DNA of 64,000 nt, from assembly GCF_964204645.1 (NCBI RefSeq), contig NC_134031.1:18235910-18299909 (forward strand), read 5' to 3'. The notes below the pieces were generated by a model. That model was not told the origin of the DNA, made no database searches, and saw nothing but the letters and a program-made list of their open reading frames with translations. Positions within the stretch are counted from its first letter, which is position 1. The number at the start of each line of letters is the position of its first letter. The stretch comes from Tubulanus polymorphus. Lineage: Eukaryota > Animalia > Nemertea. The position numbers and the translations under genes are program-made. Shown piece after piece: positions 42,901 through 57,900 of this stretch.

Positions 42901-45900
42901 GCGGAAGATAACGGGGAGTATATCTGTACAGCAGTGAACAGAAACGGACGAAATGAGGGCATTGTTTCATTGAATGTACTCGGTACGTCTGACTTAGGGC
43001 CTGCTCAAACCTGCTGATGATACCCTTAGTGGGCGCTCAGTGGGGTTGAGGGGAACCTGTTATCAATTCCTGAGTGAAGCTCTGTAGGTTGAGAGGATAA
43101 GAAACCTCAAAACTGCCCAGTGGGTTGAGAGATAAAAAGATATTCATAATTGCAAGTGCGAAGCCATATTAGTCACCAAAATTGTAAAATTTCAGAGTAC
43201 ATTGTGATAATTTCCAGGTGCTTGAATGGCATTTGACAGATTTTAAAATCTTGAGCAGCAAACTGCTGCTGCGGCTGCTGCTCAATTCAACACTTGTTCA
43301 AATTGGAAGGATGATAGATTGCTTAGATTATAATCTATTTTCTCTTTTCATCTGTCTTGTAGTAAGTCAAGGTATAATTGTGAGAGTTGAAGAACCAAAG
43401 TTTTTGACGGTTGATGAAGGAACAACGGTTAGATTTGTGTGCAGTGGTAACAGTCAGGTGAATGTAAGTAAACCCAGTCCCTCTCCTTCTCTTCATATAT
43501 ATCACCAATCAGCCTTTTAATGTTGACTGATGGTAGAAATATACAAAACTGTGATTTTTATAGTGTTTGCTGAGATCAACTATTCCTAGTGGTCCCGATT
43601 AATTTCATACAAGCTTTTGTAGTATCAAAATCAAAAGCTGGCAGGTTTTGATTGAATGTATGATTACGAACTAGTGAAACATGTCCATAAGCTAATTATA
43701 GACTCTTAATTGATATAGAATTGACTTGGCTTTACTATAATCTAGTGACCTTTACGCGCAAACTATCTTTGAAAATATCACGAATTTTTTCTAAAACGAA
43801 TGTCATATTCTACAGCTGCTGAGTAGATCCCTGTATTTGCTGCATGCTCTATAGAAATTGTCCGTAACTTCCTGTTGTGCACAAAATGAAGTTGTCTACG
43901 TCTCGCTAGTGAACAAAACTGCTTTCACATTTCAGCTAATATTCTGACAATGATTCCTAGGGGTATAACATACAAAAATCATTGCTAAAATGATTGAATG
44001 TAATTTGAAATACGTTTTTTTTTGCACTGACTTCTCTTTTTTCAGATCACACGCTTTTCCTCCCTTAGTGTTGTACGCGCGCTGTATGTATAAGATATAG
44101 AAAAACATGAGTAAATGTACAATGTACATAAATAAAATGTACAATGTACATAAATATGTATACCGGTAAATGTACATAAATATGTATACCGGTACATGTA
44201 TATATGTCTAAATCGATGCACGTTCCTGATACGGGACCCACTTTTTCAATGTTCATCAATATTAGTAGCATGTTGTTGAAATTCTACCAATCCTCATCAG
44301 GACTCAGTGGTTCCACGGTTCTCGGGTTTTGTGTTTGACCCTAGAGTTAAACATCGTTTTCAATGTTTTAACCATAGAGTCAAATCTCAACTGAAAGAAC
44401 TATGAATCTGGGTCCAGTGTTGTTGTGGCATGTTACTCACTAATTCCGCTTTTAGTCTGTTTAAATCATTCAAAAGTCTCATCAATTCACGTATATAGAT
44501 CATAAAGTGCCTCTATTCAGCTAATGAAAACTGGCCATCAACAAATTCTAATATATTATATAATATTCATTCACCCATCATGATATTTTATTTTCTTGTT
44601 TTTGCCGCTCGTAAGGGTAATATTTAAGGTGAGACCCTTGTTATCGATATGTGAAAATATTTCAAGGTTTCTTACCAGTTTAAGGTGGGTTTTAGTTACC
44701 AGGACTGAGTTCCACAGGTTCTCTGGTTAAATCTGACTGTGTTTAGTTTTACCGAGTCAAATTACGGTTCATTTGCAATTATTAACTTGAGAGTCATAAT
44801 GTCTGCTGTGGAACTGGGTACTTGTTTTTTGTCTGATCGAAAAGTCCAGTAGGTTAACATAAGCCCATCTTAAAATTCTTTGATAATTTTAATCATTTAT
44901 ATTTTCTTTACTGTGTTCTTTAAATTTTAACATATTTTGTCGTCGGTGGTTAAATATATATATTCTATTTTGTTTTAGTTAATCTATTCCTAAAAGTATT
45001 TAATTGCATTAGTGTTTATCACTGGTGTAATGGTATAACGTGTTTGATGTATGCTGTGCATGTAATTCATCCATTTCCTTTCAAGAATCCTGTATTTTTG
45101 TATCTGACATATCAATATTTTCCTCGAATATTTTACCAAATCATATGAAATGTATGTTCTTATATTTCGTATAAGCGTTCATTTAAAACTACAAATCATC
45201 TTATGGTTTAGGTTCAATTTTTGGTACAATACACACGTAACACACCCCTATGAGTTCTGGATTCAGTTCCTCAGTTCATAATTAAGATTTGTATTTAGTA
45301 TTAAAACATCGGAAGTTAACTTGAAAATTCAACTTTCATCGTTGAACTGTGGAACTGGATTGAGAACCATCTGTTCTATTCCATTTTGTTTATCGTTTCG
45401 GATTTAAATCTCTAAAAATTTGGATAAGTTGAAATTGTTTTCTGAGTTTTCTCGGACAAATATTTGACTGATAAACGACCAATTGGTTTGTAGATATCGT
45501 ACACATTAGTCTGGACAAAACAAGGAGGAGATATGCCTGAGAAAGGGATGGATCAAAATGGCGTTTTAACAATACCCAACGTACAACAAGGAGATGCTGG
45601 AACGTACGTGTGTACGGGATCTAATCCTCACAGTATAGATACGGATATTGCTACTCTGAACGTTGGAGGTAAATTACAATTACTCAAAATTCATTTGAAA
45701 TTTCATTGAAATGTCTGCTAGAAATGGTGCATGCCTTATTCTGAAATTGGTAAGAGTAATTTGATGTTGAATAAGTTCAAATCATCCCACAAATTTGGAA
45801 TTGGCCCTTAAAGAATAAAAAAAAATCAGTGTATTTTGAATTCAAACTCGTAACTGATTTCATTGTTTTTCTATATTCTAGTAACTAAGGAACCACCGAC

Positions 45901-48900
45901 GGTGCGAATCGAACCCCATTATCAAACAGTAAAGATCGGCGAGCGAGTTGAATTCCGTTGTATCGCGATGGGTCGACCTGAACCGACGTTAGAATGGTCT
46001 CGAACGTCCGGGCAGTTGAATCCTGAAGCGACGTTCGTCAGCGGTGTTTTCATCATTCCGTCTGCTCGTAAAGAGGATCAATCCGAATACACGTGTCGCG
46101 CGTCGAATACAGCAGGAGATCAGTCGATTAGAACTATACTATACGTTACTGGAGGTAGATCAAATCCAAAACAAGCTTAACTCTTTTAGTGCTCACTAAT
46201 CAATCCCTAATGTGCTGGAGATAACTTGAAAATCTCTTTAAAAATTCCATCCCAGTGGTGTTGAATAATGAGCATACCGCTATGATGCCAGTCGTTAGTT
46301 ACTGATCCAAACGGACGTACCTGATAAAAGTGAAATCTTGGAAAAAGTTGTAAGAATGGAACCAAAATGTGAAATTTAGATTGTTCCATTGACTGGATGA
46401 TGGGTTCCTGGGTCCAGATATTGAAGTGGGAAAATTGAATTGATATGATGCAGAATATATTGGAGATATGACAGATTTTGAGTGATATTTTTAATCTATT
46501 CTCTAGATGAATCTATAGCAGTGATAGAAGTTCCGGATGTAACAGTTTCAGTCGGTGCTGATATCAGAATGAAGTGTATTTCTAGAGCCAATATACCTGG
46601 TCGTATTTCATGGACCCGAATTGGTGGACAGCTTCCCCCTGGTAACTATAACTATCCCTTCGCTTTTTTACCCGGCCAGCATCTCACAGTTCTGCTTTCA
46701 GAACTAGATCTGTTTATGAGCAAAAGCAGCAGTTGATGATATAACAGTTTATTCTGACTGTTTCATCAAAGAAATGAAAATGAGTATTCATTTACTCTGA
46801 TATACTGAGATTAATATCAGCCTACCGATCAGATTTGCTATAAAATTTGCTATAGTTGTTTAATTTTTTGTATGGTTCACAATTCGTAGGTTCTCGAGTA
46901 GACAATGGATTATTGATGATACCGAGAGCTCAGTTATCATACAGCGGACGTTACGAGTGTAGAGTGAGTACAGCGACAGGGAGTGGTACAGCAGTCGGTA
47001 CTATTGTCGTTAGAGGAGGACCAGTCAGTAAGTCTCTCCATCTCTCCCTGTCCTAACTCTTTCAGTGCTGATGATTAATACCCTAAAGTGCTGGAGATAA
47101 TTTGAAAATTTATTGACAGGTTCATTGCTATAGCGCATCTACACCGCGGTGCGGTGTATCGTTAGTTACTAATGTTGAACTGTGTTTGAGAGGTGCTCCA
47201 TCTTTCATTAAAGATAGAAACTAATTACATCAATACACCGTGGCAAAGTCCATCATCGATTTATACACCGGTGGAGATGCACTGAAAGGGTTAACCTCTG
47301 AACAACCAGATAATACCTATCTTTTTAGAGGTTAGATAGTTATTTCTTTCTCTCATTCTCTCTCTCTCTCTCTCTCTCTTGTTTAGATAAACGTCCGACT
47401 GTGAAAGTTGAGCCTGAAACCGCCAGGATTCCGTTGGGAGGAACTGGCATTTTGAAATGCGTCGCTACCGGTAACCCGAGCCCCGCTCTCACGTGGAGAT
47501 GGTCGGGCGGTGACTTCACAAATAATCACCGGGTATGAACATCAGTTTAACCTGCAGCTGTAGTTCCTCAATAAGATGGTTCAAAGTTAACCACTGGATA
47601 ACGTAGCAATTGGATATTTCACATATGTCAGTTATCAATAGGTTAATTTTAATCACATTTAGAACAATCGCGGCTCCTGAATTGCTCCATTTGTCCGACA
47701 TAATCTTTAAACTGTTTGAAATATTTGAATAACATCAGATTGAAGGCGATCGATGGGAGAGTACTCTGACAGTTCAATACGGCACGCGTCAGGATGAAGG
47801 AATTTATACATGTATCGCTAAGAACAGTGAAGGAACGGCAACCGATTCCTCTCAAATTGTTGTCGGTACGAACATTATTTCATTCATACTCACATTCTGT
47901 GAAATTGACCCTCTGACCATTCAGATTTCTCTGGGATTCCCATGACATAAGGCTTGTAAAAGCCTTCAAAATTCTTGAAATCCTTCATTTCAAAGACTTC
48001 CAAAGGTGTATGCCTGATTTCAAGTGATAAGTTCTGAATGATTTGTCGTATATTCAATGGAATTTGTCTTCATTTGTTTCAGCTGCAGAAGAACCACAGA
48101 TTACTATCTACCCTGAAAGTACGCAGGTTGTAACTGAAGGTCGAAGCGTTATGTTCCAATGTCGAGTCACTGCTGGCATCCCTCCTCCTAAATTGGAATG
48201 GAGAAGGTATGAAAACCAAAACCCGATAATTAACAACTTGACTCAGTTCTCTTGTTGAGATACGTTTCATTCTAAAAGTTCTTTGGAAATTGTTTCATAA
48301 ATGTGCGTTAAAACTTGAATCCACAATGACAGACAATTTACTGTAAAAATCAATTCATTGTTATAAGGGTGAATGGAGGTGTTTTCACGGAAAATACACG
48401 TATTTTGGAAAATGGAATTTTAAGAATGGATCGAGTGACGTCTGCTGAACAAGGTTCTTACATCTGCTCCGCAAGTAACAAGGTCGGAACTACGACCGCT
48501 ACTGCTGTACTGAAAGTTCAAGGTAAAAACAACTTGTACCTCAGCTCTACAATTCTGAGTTAACCCTTTGCCATGTTCATTGATTATTTTCATTCATATC
48601 TTTTTATTAAAAAAGCGTTTGGAAACAGCAAAGTCGCGTTTGGAAACAACAAAGTCCTGGGATTTTGAAATAGTTCTTGGTTAAATTTTACTCGTAATCA
48701 GTTCATTTTCAATTACGTTACCATTGTTGACTAATTGAGTCAAATTTTAAGTCTATGGCTTGTAACTGGGGCTGGTTCTGAAATTATTTGTACATCAGGA
48801 CTATTACAATGGTTTTACACAAAATTTAACTAGAGGCTATTAGGAATGGAAAAATATCCAAAATTATTAGGCAACCATTACAAGTATTGTTGCTACCTGC

Positions 48901-51900
48901 TTTGTAACACAACTCTTTGAAATACCCAAGTCAACAGTTTTCTATCAAAGTTTTGAAATAAAAGCTTTTGATTTCAGTTCCACCTACAGTACGCGTGACC
49001 CCGAACAGCCCGATTAGAGCTCGCATTGGTGAGACTGTGACCTTGAATTGTATCGGTGAAGGTCAACCTGCCCCAACGGTTTACTGGCAGAGATTGGGTC
49101 AACGTATACAGTTTACCCCTACAGCCGCTCGGGGTGGTGAAGAAGATGAGCGAATAGCTCGAGCCCAACATGTTCTCAAAAATATCTCACCGGAAAGTGC
49201 TGGAATTTATAGTTGTATGGCGCAGAATCCGGCCGGACGGGTTGAGGAACGAGTACAAGTTATAGGTAGAATATTTACACAAAGCTATAAGTGGAGCCCA
49301 TGTCCCGCTTCAGTAGTTGTGAGTTTAAACTCCAATGATTCTTGGTTAGATTTGGCTCCAGAGTTAAGTTTGTTCATTTTCAATGAATTAATGAGTTAAC
49401 TCAAAACTGAAAATCTGTGAAATTGGGTCATGAGTTCTAGCTTGCGTCAAAGTTATCTGTAACAAAAAAGCCTTTACCCGAGCTAACTCGCAACAACCTA
49501 ACATTAACTGAATAATTGTAAGATGTTACCAGTTTGTTTATCAAGGGCGAAAGTCTGAACTGATAAGCATGGTAACAGAAAATCTTCCCTCGGCTTGGAT
49601 CCTGATAACCTTCAGTAGTATTTGATTGTTTTAATTTGATTATTTCAGTTGAGCCAGGTGTAGGATTGACTATTTATCCTCCTAGAATTGAAGCACGTGC
49701 GGCTGAAGACATACAGTTCCAGTGTCGATCTACAGGTACTTATAGTAAAACTTGTCATCCTCTTCTCAGAATCCTGACAATCGCTGATTGGTCTCATTTA
49801 CCAAGCGAATAATAATTATTTGAATGTGTTTTCTAATTAAAGGATCTCCACCGCCTGCTGTGAGATGGAGTCGGAAACGTGGAATTTTACCGATCAGTCA
49901 TCGAACGGAGAATGGTATTTTACATTTATTCCAAGTATCCCCCGATGATGCCGGCATGTACGTCTGCTCGACCAGACGACCGGATGGGTCCCTGGTAACT
50001 GAGGAGGCTGAACTCATTGTTAGAGGTAAATGAATTTGAATTGCAGCTCTCTGCTTATAGGATTCAGTGACCTATATTTTTTGGGTCAAAATTTGTTTCG
50101 AATGATTCTAACTATTGGAATGAGCCTTGATGTTCATTTCTGAACATAAATTCCTTGCCTGAATGTAAAATCTATAGTTATGAGGATTTTGAGGATTCCA
50201 TAGTTCATGTTTTGTCTGTATCCCTATCGTATATCATGTCTCAAATTTATGTCATCGCTTTTTATGTTCTGATTTGTTCGTTGACTGTTTATGACATTCG
50301 CTGCCGGCTTAATAATACACCCTCAATTGCCTCTACATATATACTCTTGGGTTGGCACTGGCGCTATTACATAGTCAGCCTTTGCTCGAAATTGACCAAT
50401 GAGCATTGAGAATGAAGCAGAATTTGTTCACATTACCAGCCGATCAGGAACTGTGTCATTCCCGTGTGCCATAGTGCAAATATCTAACTATAAATAACCG
50501 GATGGTCAAGTCTATTCGTAGCCGGCAGCAAATGTGTTAAAGCACCATGTGATCCCTCACGCACTCTCACACTGTATATATGTACTGCTTTAACTAGGAC
50601 CACCCACTATTTATATACCACAACCTCGTGTTGAAATAGACGTCGGCAATCCTCTAAGATTGATCTGCGAAATCACGGCTAGCCCGCCGTTCCGAGTGAT
50701 TTGGCGTAAAGACGGCGGAGGGATACCATCGTACGCGGTAGCGAGAGAAGGGGTTTTACATATTCCTCGTTCTCGAGTCGGTGATTCCGGTCGATATACG
50801 TGTACGGTACAGAGTCACTACGGGTCAGCAGACGGAGCTATAGACGTTACTGTTATAGGTAAGAAATAGATAGTTGCTGACTTGAAGAAGAAACCACAAT
50901 TACCTGGCATGAAGAAAAACTTAAGAGTATAGTGATGTTTTAGACTCAATTCTGTAAGCCATTTACAAAACTAAGAGAGAAGTGACGCTTTTGACTCAAT
51001 TCTATATACCGTTTACAAAACTAAGAGATTAGTGACCTATTTTCAAATCAGTTTTGAAAATGGGTCACAGAGTAAAATCGTCACTAATTTCTGTTTTACT
51101 CCCTGATTGTGGGTTTTATTACTTCAATTGAATTAGACAGTCACTTGTCTATGGAAACTAAGTTGCAGACTCTATTTGCCTGGAGTTGGAAACAATCTGC
51201 TGTTCTTTGCTTATCACTTGGATACACAATTGTGGAGGTACTAATTTTATAGGCTTGTACGTGTATAAGTAGAAGGCCTGGTTCTACAGTTTAGACTAAA
51301 GAACAATCTAAGCTCATTTTGGTCTGATTCTGATGGAACAAATGCGGACAAATTCTCATTCTGTCTATGAGGGGTCTAATGATTTGAACCATATTTTGTC
51401 AGACTGTGGACTGTGGAACTGGGACCTCATGTGTAAAGTATCTCTAAACTAACCCCACCCCTCTTCTTTGCACTACTCACTCAATGTTATATGTTCTTTC
51501 TCTTGTTGTGTTGTCATTAGATGTGGTTTCACATTCAGCTTCAATATTTCAACTATTATTTCTCCCTATGAAGGTTTTCTGTACTCGTCCATCCACTTGA
51601 ATCCTGATTACCAATATTCTTAAGCTTGATCCAACAACACGATAAACCCAGTTCATCCTGTGTTTCAAACCATGACCTGTTCTGTTGTCAAAACCAGTCA
51701 AGGTCTTCTCGACTCATGAGGTTTAAGCCTGTTTATGAACCTAATTTATGGGCCTAGATTTGTCACAAGAAATTAAAATCTAGGCATTGAATGACTTTTC
51801 AATGTAGATTAGGAACTGAATTGTTAAAGACTTGTTGAGATCCCATGAACTCTGTGTAACCTGCTTTTTTGGATTCAATCTCTTATGGCCCTCTATCTTC

Positions 51901-54900
51901 CTACTGTTTTTCCTTAGAAAAAGACTTGATTGACGTAACAACGATAGAAGTACCGGTAGGTCAGACTGCTCGATTAACCTGCTCCGTACGGGGCAGCGGA
52001 CCCTTTAAAATCACGTGGACTAAGATCGACGGTCAGCTACCAGCTGATGCGATCATAAACGACAGAGTTCTGATTTTGAATAATGTTAAACACGAAGCTA
52101 CTGGTCGATTCATGTGCATCGCCGAGGGGCCGTTCGGAACGGCGAGAGGATTCATTGATTTGATCGTCACAGGTAAGAGGCAGTAAATCTAGGTAAACTC
52201 TTATTGGCGGTTTATGGGTTCCTTATTCTCTTTACTTGCTTTGTCCTCTCTCAAAAATAAATACAACATCCTTTGTAAAATGAAATGATTCCTTGTAGTT
52301 ATTCCCATTCCCAACCCATTCCTCAATGGTGCCCGGTTCTATCTGAATTTATGAGTTGCAAGTATTCTGTTTAAATGACTCTTTCGGGAATAAAGCTGCC
52401 AACTGTCCCTGATTTTCACGGAAGAACCCTGATAATAAACCTGGTCTGTTTATGCTGAGCATGCTGTCTTAAATGGCGTCCCTGAAGCAATTATCTTGAA
52501 TCCCTGAAAAGAAATGTTTATTGCTTGAATTTTCTCTACTGGTCCCTGATTGAAGTTGGCAACTCATTCATTGATCTAGAGTGAATAAACGATATACTTG
52601 TAACTTTCTTTATCTGCTTTATATATTTTATCATGCATCACATCTTCATCTATTACTCTCTCTCTCTCTATCTCTGCGTGACCCGCGCGCTACGTGTAGG
52701 AACGCTTCCTCTACCGACGATCGAGTTCACGCTCGGCGGTACGATCACGCTCGTCTGCGAGCCAAAAGGTCCCGGCGAATTCTCGATCACGTGGGAGAAA
52801 GTCGACGGAACGTTGTCGGAGTTGGCGATCATTCGCGATCGTATTTTGAAAATAACGAACGCCCGAGAACGAGACGCTGGACGATACAAATGTACAGCGG
52901 TGAACGAAGAAGAAACTCAGGAGATATTCATCGAAGTTACGATTAAGAAAAGTAAGACGAAAAATGGCATTATTTCTTCTATTCTCTTCATACTTTATCC
53001 TCAACCAAACCTCAATAATTGTACGGGTGACAGTTTTATAGACTGGTTTCTAGGGTCCATAAACCTGCATTTCTGATTTTGGTCTATACCTCAAGTTTGA
53101 CATCTAGATCCAGTTTCACAATTTTCAGTTAAGTTTTAGTGAGATTGGAAATCAGTTTATTGTCAATGTTTTATTTATGAGCCGAAATCTTAACTCACAG
53201 CTTTGGAACTGGTTCATGTGTATCAGACATACGTGCGGCTATCATATGCTCTCCCTACCAGTGGAATTTGCACTGATAGTGGAAAGTTTTTTTTGAGAAT
53301 TTGGCTTTGTTCCGGGCAGCCAGTATCTTTACATGCTATACAAGGCTCAAGGAATCATGAGGCTAAACTCCATTCCCCTTAAACTAGTCTACAAAACTTG
53401 CCCCTTGAGATCTATGATTATTTGCGATTCCTTTAAACGAACCCCGCCTCATCTTTTCTCTTCATTAAACGCGTTTCCTCTGTAGAACCTCCTCTGATTC
53501 CCGTGCACGAAGTACAAGAAGGTGATAGCGCGCGTTTGACTTGTCGTGTACGAGGCACTGGACCGTTTACAATCACTTGGTTTAAACAGAACGGCCGTTT
53601 ACCGACGAACGCCTTCCCGAGCAATGGAGTGTTGGATATCGACGGAATAAAACCGAGTGATGAAGGCAGATATATTTGTCGCGCTGTTGGACCGCGGGGA
53701 ACTCAAGAAGCGCTCGTAGATGTTAGGGTTTTAAGTAAGAGGCAGATGTTCGAATTATTATGACACCTTTCACAATTCTGTAGATATTTAGAAAATATTT
53801 CTTTTCTTAATGTAAAAAATTATCTATATCCCAATAATTTGATCTTTTGATCCATCGGTAATGGTGCATTTTCCCATAGAATTTTAAAAAATGCAGTAAA
53901 CCTTGGTCGACTTGAAATATTTGGACAAGCAAATTGAGTCTGAGATATAGATGATCTTATGCATCATATTTCTGTACTATGTTAAAGAACAAGTTTTACT
54001 GTATTTTGTATGTAAATATTTCAAATCTATCTCCCATCAATTTATAATCTAAAGACCATTGAACTAATTCTTTTCCCATTCCCTCTTTCCCTCCCACCTG
54101 CATCCCCTCTGTCTTCTATCTTTGATTATTACGTTTCTCAGGAGGTCCAGTAGTTCCCCAGATCGATGTTACATATGGAGGGCGAGCGGTGTTAGTCTGT
54201 AATCCACGTGGCACCGGTCCGTTTACAATAACCTGGCAGCGACTGGACGGCGTAGTCCCATCGTACGCCATCCAGGATCAAAGAAGACTTATATTTAAAA
54301 CGGCTCAAACTGTTGATACAGGCAGATATGTGTGCGTAGCTATCGGACCAGATGGTTCCAGGCAAGATATTTATATAGAATTAACTGTTACGGGTAAGGT
54401 TTGGAATATTTTGATTATTTCTGTTTCAATCTTAGTCGCATGGTTTTTCAAAGTGAAAATCATCAGAATTCTTCCTGCACTAAGTAGTAACGACTAATCA
54501 ATGATGTGATCCCACATTTGAATAATGTGATCCTACATTTTGTTCTACGATAATATTTGTTTGTTTTTATTTTGGTCATATTTTACCATTTGTATTTTTA
54601 GCTCTTATTGAATGAACATATCAATATGCACCTGGATCATTTGTTGCTGTATGATTATGTTCTATTTTCAGGTTCTCCCCCAAAAGTCTCAAAGTATGAT
54701 GTCCAATATGACCAAACTGCTCAACTGACCTGTAATGTCAGAGGACTTGGTTCTTATACGGTGACCTGGCAAAAGGTGGGAGGCAGTTTACCATCTCGCG
54801 CTTTGAGAAGAGACAGAACTTTAGAAATTAGAAATGCTAGAAATGAAGATGAGGGCAGATATCATTGTATAGCTATTGGTGAAAATGGCAGGCGGGTTGA

Positions 54901-57900
54901 TGCCTTTGTTGACCTTGATGTCTTAGGTGAGTTATAGTCATCAAAGATTTCAGAAATTAATTTTCATGATGAAACCAATGACCTTTGATACAAATTATTT
55001 GAATGTTTGATTGGATAAATCTTGTTTTGATAAATCTTCTTTTCACTTTTTCAGGATCAGCACCAACTGTATCCAAATATGATGTTGGATATGATGAAAC
55101 AGCTACATTGACATGTAATGCTCAGGGTCTAACCCGTTATACGGTGACCTGGCAGAAAGTTGGAGGCAGTTTACCATCTCGGGCTTTGAGAAGAGACAGA
55201 ACTTTAGAAATTAGAAACGCTAGAAATGAAGATGAAGGCAGATATCATTGTATAGCTATTGGTGAAGATGGTAGAAGAGCTGATGCCTACGTTGACCTCA
55301 ATGTTATTGGTAGGAAAAGTTCCCGAATTCATGATGCCTTCATTAGAAGTTCTTTGAGTCCACAAACTTGGAAAAATTTCTTCTTTTTCAGGAACAGCAC
55401 CAACTATTTCAAAGTATGATGTCCAATATGATCAAACTGCTACTTTGACCTGTAATGCTCAAGGTCTCACCCGTTACACAGTGACCTGGCAGAAAGTTGG
55501 AGGCAGTTTACCATCTCGTGCTTTGAGGAGAGACAGAACTTTGGTAATTAGAAATGCTAGGAATGAAGATGAGGGCAGATATCATTGTATTGCTATTGGT
55601 GAAGATGGTAGAAGGGCTGATGCATACGTTGACCTCAATGTTATTGGTAAGAGAAGAAGTTCCTTTATTATAATGCGATGCCTTCATAAGATGTGTATGA
55701 GTCCATAAACTTGGAAAAATGTTCACTAACTTTTCCAGGATCAGCACCAACTATTGTGAAATATGATGTCCAATATGACCAAACTGCTACATTGACCTGT
55801 AATGCTCAAGGTCTCACCCGTTATACGGTGACCTGGCAGAAAGTAGGAGGCAGTTTACCATCTCGCGCTTTGAGGAGAGACAGAACTTTAGAAATTAGAA
55901 ATGCTAGAAATGAAGATGAGGGCAGATATCATTGTATAGCTATCAGTGAAGATGGTAGAAGGGCTGATGCATATGTTGACCTCAATGTTATCGGTAAGTT
56001 ATCCTCACTTTCCTGGTAAGGGTAATCTTCATTAAAAGTTCCTTGAGGGCACAGATTTGGAAAAATTTCTCTTTCTTTTTCAGGAACAGCACCAACAATT
56101 TCCAAGTATGATGTCCAATATGATCAAACTGCACTTTTAACTTGTAACGTCCAAGGACTTGGTTCTTATACTGTGACCTGGCAGAAAGTTGGAGGTAGTT
56201 TACCATCTCGCGCTTTGAGGAGAGACAGGACTTTAGAAATTAGAAATGCTAGAAATGAAGATGAAGGCAGATATCATTGTATAGCTATCAGTGAAGATGG
56301 TAGACAAGCTGATGCATACGTTGACCTCGATGTTATCGGTAAGTTATAAACACAAAGGTTATCTGAAATTGATTACCATGATACTGATGACCTATGCAGA
56401 TATTTCTTTAAGTTTTTTTATGCATATTTGGTAAATATTCTTTATCTTTTTCGTTAATATTACTTTCTTTCAGGAACAGCACCAACTATTTCCAAATATG
56501 ATGTCCAATATGATCAAACTGCTACTTTGACCTGTAATGCTCAAGGTCTCACCCGTTACACAGTGACCTGGCAGAAAGTTGGAGGCAGTTTACCATCTCG
56601 CGCTTTGAGAAGAGACAGAACTTTAGAAATTAGAAATGCTAGAAATGAAGATGAAGGCAGATATCATTGTATAGCTATTGGTGAAGATGGTAGAAGGGCT
56701 GACGCATATGTTGACCTCAATGTTATTGGTAAGTTATACTCTCTTAGACTCCTCGTTAGAGTAATCGTTATTAAAAGTACTTTTGAGTCCACAAACTTGG
56801 AAGCATTTCTTCTTTTTTAGGAACAGCACAAACAATTTCTAAGTACGATGTCCAATATGATCAAACTGCTCTTATAACTTGTAATGTCCAAGGACTTGGT
56901 TCTTATACGGTGACCTGGCAGAAAGTTGGAGGCAGTTTACCATCTCGCGCTTTGAGAAGAGACAGAACTTTAGAAATTAGAAATGCTAGAAATGAAGATG
57001 AGGGCAGATATCATTGTATAGCTATTGGTGAAGATGGTAGACGAGCTGACGCATACGTTGACCTCAATGTTATTGGTCAGAATTGTACCATATTTTATGA
57101 GATGATGCCTTCATAAGATGCATTTTGAGTCCATAAACTTAGAAATATTCTTGGAAAAATATTCTCACTTTTTCAGGATCAGCACCAATCATTTCCAAGT
57201 ATGATGTCCAATACGATCAAACAGCAACCTTAACATGTAATGCTCAAGGTCTCACCCGTTATACAGTAACCTGGCAGAAAGTCGGTGGCAGTTTACCATC
57301 CCGTGCTTTGAGGAGAGACAGTACTTTAGAAATTAGAAATTCACGAAATGAAGATGAAGGCAGATATCATTGTATAGCTATTGGTGAAGATGGTAGACGA
57401 GCTGATGCTTATGTTGATCTAAATGTTGTTGGTAAGTTATTTTAAATTTGACTGACGCTAAAGAATTTAATATAAAGTTCTTTGAGTTTTTGATGGAAAT
57501 TTCATTAATATTTCTTTCAGGAACAGCACCAACTATTTCCAAATATGATGTCCAATATGATCAAACTGCTACTTTGAGCTGTAATGCTCAAGGTCTCACC
57601 CGTTATACAGTGACCTGGCAGAAAGTGGGAGGCAGTTTACCATCTCGTGCTTTGAGAAGAGACAGAACTTTAGAAATTAGAAATGCTAGAAATGAAGATG
57701 AAGGCAGATATCATTGTATAGCCATTGGTGAAGATGGTAGACGAGCTGATGCCTACGTTGACCTCAATGTTATTGGTAAGAATTGATCCTTAAATTGTAA
57801 TGTGATGCCTTCATAAGATGTGCTTTGAGTCCATAAACTTGGAAAAAATTTCTTTTCACTCTTTCAGGAACGGCACCAACTATTTCCAAGTATGATGTCC

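Noticed and set aside
55310-55419. ORF read-through into type A introns ([12 protein letters not shown]...FKV*)
   Set aside because: An 82-nt intron with canonical splice sites; the open frame is incidental.
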